This document shows positions 51,495 to 55,246 of a stretch of 55,246 bases of DNA, one piece after another. The position numbers and the translations under genes are program-made. Source of the stretch: Salibacteraceae bacterium (GTDB lineage Bacteria > Bacteroidota > Bacteroidia > Flavobacteriales_G > Salibacteraceae). Within the stretch, counting starts at the first letter, position 1. The number at the start of each line of letters is the position of its first letter. The notes beneath the pieces were generated by a model, which saw only the letters and a program-made list of their open reading frames with translations, was not told the origin of the DNA and did not search any database. The DNA is taken from positions 1 to 55,246 of the forward strand of contig JANRBI010000257.1 of the NCBI GenBank assembly GCA_030727625.1. Reading direction: 5' to 3'.

Positions 51495-51510
51495 AGGATA
51501 TTCATATCCT
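51495..51510. promoter_or_regulatory. Perfect 7-2-7 inverted repeat AGGATAT-TC-ATATCCT (candidate operator)
   Basis: Read directly: the arms at 51495-51501 and 51504-51510 are exact reverse complements. It overlaps a near-miss -7 box, TATCCTTTG (51505-51513). Confidence 0.35.
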
Positions 51511-51530
51511 TTGACGATAGTTTCGCTTAC

Positions 51531-51656
51531 ATGAAAAATTCAACAATCATGGAAAGCAAAAAAGTGGAGAGAATCATGAAAGAATCAGGATGGCTTTATT
51601 TAAGCGTTGTGGTTATTGATTTGATCATTCTGGCAATTCTAATTACCAATTTATAG
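51531..51656 (+). CDS. Possible 41-aa single-pass membrane peptide
   Basis: Own translation: MKNSTIMESKKVERIMKESGWLYLSVVVIDLIILAILITNL. A charged N-terminus is followed by a 22-aa hydrophobic tail. Below the ORF-track cutoff, and no homology support. Confidence 0.3.
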   Translation: MKNSTIMESKKVERIMKESGWLYLSVVVIDLIILAILITNL

Positions 51657-51681
51657 AAGTCAAGATTACTTTCTGAAAGTC

Positions 51682-52125
51682 GTGAGTAGTAGTGTTTCTG
51701 CTTCTGGTCATTTGTTGTTACAAATGAGTATTAAAAGTGGTGAGTTGCCAAATAGGTTGAATATTGATGTGTTCTATTTGCATACCAACGAGCATAAAAT
51801 ATCAACTTCAAATAACAATACTATCCTATTCAATCTTGCTTTTATAGGCGATGCATTGATAAAAATAGAACATCCTGAAATTGCTTCAAGGCATCTATAC
51901 ATTTCCAGATTACACAGTTCACCGTTTCCAAAAAAAGGAGGTTTTTGTCTTAGCATTGAACTACAGCCAAAATTGTGTGAAAACACGAAGAATAGTGACG
52001 AACTGATTAAGATTTATTCTGAAGATTACATGGAGTATTACTTTTTTGATTCAAAATATCAAAAGCAGCGTAGGAGTATTCACAACCTATCTAAGCCGCC
52101 AGCTCTTGGCGCTAAAACTCTTTAG
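51682..52125 (+). CDS. Hypothetical protein, no recognisable family (GTG start; alternative ATG at 51724)
   Basis: 147-aa ORF-track entry with no motif I recognise. Noticeable ATA, AGG and TTG codon use. Its 3' end overlaps the LRR gene by 4 nt. Confidence 0.4.
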   Translation: MSSSVSASGHLLLQMSIKSGELPNRLNIDVFYLHTNEHKISTSNNNTILFNLAFIGDALIKIEHPEIASRHLYISRLHSSPFPKKGGFCLSIELQPKLCENTKNSDELIKIYSEDYMEYYFFDSKYQKQRRSIHNLSKPPALGAKTL

Positions 52126-52688
52126 CAATTACAACCACTTGACTTTTTCAAGTTAACTTCAGACCCGAGCCAAGTCTTTAATTCCTTTTTAGAAATCAAT
52201 TTAAGTTGGTTTCCACGAACATCCAATAAGTTCAGCTTTTTCATCTCAGCCAATCTTGGAGACAAGTCTTCAAGGCTATTTGCATACAACACCAAAGCCT
52301 CAATATTCAATAGACTATAGATTGAGCTTGGCAATTGTTTGATTTCATTAGAAGACAAATCCAAAAACTTCAAGTTAACCAAGACGCCAATGCCAGATGG
52401 TATTTCAGTAATCTGATTCGCAGAAAGATCAAGGTATTCCAACTCACTCAAAAAACTCAAGTCACTTGGCAATGACTTTATCTCGCATTGCTTTAGCGTC
52501 AATGATTTCAAATTGACCATTCGCTCCAATTGATCGCTAGGAAAAGCATCTAAACGTTCTTTTTTCAGCTTCAATTCTTTCACAGCAACAGGGTTTTCTA
52601 ATGCACTTTTCAAATCGAAAAACACACTGTCTTGAGCGATTAATCGAACAGAAATAAAGAGAAAAGATAAAAGCAACAAACGCATCAT
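52122..52688 (-). CDS. Secreted leucine-rich repeat protein
   Basis: 188 aa. Signal peptide MMRLLLLSFLFISVRLIAQD, then ~5 tandem 23-aa LxxLxxLxLxxNxIxxLPxxI repeats. ATGA overlap with the ribF stop. Confidence 0.85.
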   Translation of the reverse strand: MMRLLLLSFLFISVRLIAQDSVFFDLKSALENPVAVKELKLKKERLDAFPSDQLERMVNLKSLTLKQCEIKSLPSDLSFLSELEYLDLSANQITEIPSGIGVLVNLKFLDLSSNEIKQLPSSIYSLLNIEALVLYANSLEDLSPRLAEMKKLNLLDVRGNQLKLISKKELKTWLGSEVNLKKSSGCNC

Positions 52689-53614
52689 TCTAAAATGGAT
52701 AATGCTTTTACTTTATCCAAAATTAGCTGAGCTATGAGAGATTCGGGCCCATCAAAACGCTGTTCAGATCTTATGCGATCCATAAAATAAACTCGAATAT
52801 TCTTGTGGTAGATGTCTTGATCAAAATCGAAGATATTGACTTCCATGGTGCGGTTTTTAGAAGCTTCAAACGTTGGGTTAAACCCAATATTCAACATTCC
52901 TTTATAGAAAACGTCATCTATCAGCACCTTAACAGCGTACACTCCTTCTTTTGGAATCAACTTAGTATCAGAATGCACTTTAATATTGGCCGTTGGGAAA
53001 CCAAGTCCTTTGCCGCGATGCCTGCCTTGCACCACACTACCCGTTACAAAATAGTGATAGCTCAAATAATTGGCAGCCAAAAGTACCTCACCACTGAGCA
53101 ATGAATTTCTAATTTTAGTAGAACTAACCGCAACATCATCAATATCCTGAGCAGGAATCTCGCTCACGTCAAAACCATAAAGTGGCGCATATTCTCGCAA
53201 CTGATCTATGCTTCCTTCTCTATTTCTACCAAACTGATGATCGTACCCAATCACCAACTTTTTCATGCTCAATTTTTGAACTAGAAGGTCGCGCACATAA
53301 TAAAGTGCCGTTGTTCTTGAAAAATCGAGTGTAAATGGATGCACAATCACATCGTCAATACCTGTGCTTTCAAGCAATTCGAGCTTTTCGTCAAGCGTAT
53401 TGAGCAATTGCAAACCATGATCATCCGGAAAAAGGACTTTTCTAGGATGAGGATTAAAGGTGAGCAAAACCGACCTTAACGATTGCTGTTGACACATTTC
53501 AGAAAGTTGGGTCAATATTTTTCTGTGACCTATATGTATTCCATCAAAAGTGCCCGTAGTAACGGCTGTTTGTTTTTCAACTAAATAAGAATGAATGTCG
53601 TGGAAAACTCTCAC
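52685..53614 (-). CDS. ribF: Bifunctional riboflavin kinase / FMN adenylyltransferase
   Basis: 309 aa. GTFDGIHIGH nucleotidyl-transferase motif, GFPTAN and a RFD..E.L..Q tail. The start is GTG at 53612-53614, the first start codon after an upstream in-frame stop. Confidence 0.94.
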   Translation of the reverse strand: MRVFHDIHSYLVEKQTAVTTGTFDGIHIGHRKILTQLSEMCQQQSLRSVLLTFNPHPRKVLFPDDHGLQLLNTLDEKLELLESTGIDDVIVHPFTLDFSRTTALYYVRDLLVQKLSMKKLVIGYDHQFGRNREGSIDQLREYAPLYGFDVSEIPAQDIDDVAVSSTKIRNSLLSGEVLLAANYLSYHYFVTGSVVQGRHRGKGLGFPTANIKVHSDTKLIPKEGVYAVKVLIDDVFYKGMLNIGFNPTFEASKNRTMEVNIFDFDQDIYHKNIRVYFMDRIRSEQRFDGPESLIAQLILDKVKALSILE

Positions 53615-53685
53615 GTTATTTTTTTAACAGTTTCTTGTTATAATTAATTGATTTACAATGCTTTAAATTGTAAATAAGTAAAAAC

Positions 53686-53693
53686 CAAAAGTA
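53686..53693 (-). promoter_or_regulatory. Candidate -7 box TACTTTTG upstream of ribF
   Basis: Exact TAnnTTTG on the minus strand, 71 nt before the ribF GTG. Confidence 0.35.
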
Positions 53694-53741
53694 TACATTT
53701 AAAAATATGAACAACGAGTAAATAATAAGAATAGAAAAACA

Positions 53742-53749
53742 TAGCTTTG
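53742..53749 (+). promoter_or_regulatory. Candidate -7 box TAGCTTTG upstream of atpD
   Basis: Exact TAnnTTTG, 53 nt before ATG 53803. Confidence 0.4.
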
Positions 53750-53802
53750 CAGCCGTTTTAGGACGAATCAATATTTACGTAACTATCTAAAATTCAGCAT
53801 AA

Positions 53803-55246
<1,444 letters not shown>

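Noticed and set aside
53652-53674. An 8-bp AT-only inverted repeat, TTTACAAT-N7-ATTGTAAA, in the ribF 5' region.
   Set aside because: It is entirely A/T and thermodynamically weak. Such repeats are common in AT-rich spacers, and no FMN-riboswitch-like conserved core is visible.

Overview
This is a core-chromosome window from a low-GC Bacteroidota genome. Gene order (rplQ-carA-eno-gltA, DUF4290-murA) and exact TAnnTTTG -7 promoter boxes suggest Flavobacteriia; the taxon is inference. The centre is an uninterrupted minus-strand str/S10/spc/alpha ribosomal super-operon of 33 genes, from rpsL (27576) down to rplQ (9896). It includes fusA, secY, map, infA, rpoA and a 38-aa rpmJ that the ORF track misses. 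One promoter candidate lies upstream and one intrinsic terminator downstream. Left flank: a truncated lipoprotein, gatB, purine nucleoside phosphorylase, lpxK, Nif3 plus a DUF164 coiled-coil protein, gltA, eno, carA. Right flank: a UvrD/PcrA-type helicase, DUF4290, murA, a TlpA-like oxidoreductase, grpE-dnaJ, a NatAB-like ABC-2 exporter, a sigma-54 activator lacking a DNA-binding domain, a DUF5684-like membrane protein, alaS, an M23 peptidase, a MerR regulator, hldD, PTPS-folE-fabD, a CpsB-like phosphatase, a cyclophilin, a 4-gene two-component cluster, a short orphan region, an LRR protein, ribF and a 3'-truncated atpD. I saw no rRNA, tRNA, CRISPR array, transposase, integrase or prophage gene. 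Several ORF-track starts are TTG/GTG extensions and were trimmed to the first ATG where homology or a promoter box supports it. Nothing here resembles a defence island. The least ordinary stretch is 47.1-52.7 kb: an unlisted mini-lipoprotein, a kinase-gates-kinase style phosphorelay, a 7-2-7 palindrome, a tiny membrane ORF, a codon-atypical orphan and a secreted LRR protein. Other observations are the DBD-less sigma-54 activator with a GAFTSA loop and -7 boxes that sit against start codons, implying leaderless mRNAs. All family calls rest on motif recognition by eye; no database search was run.
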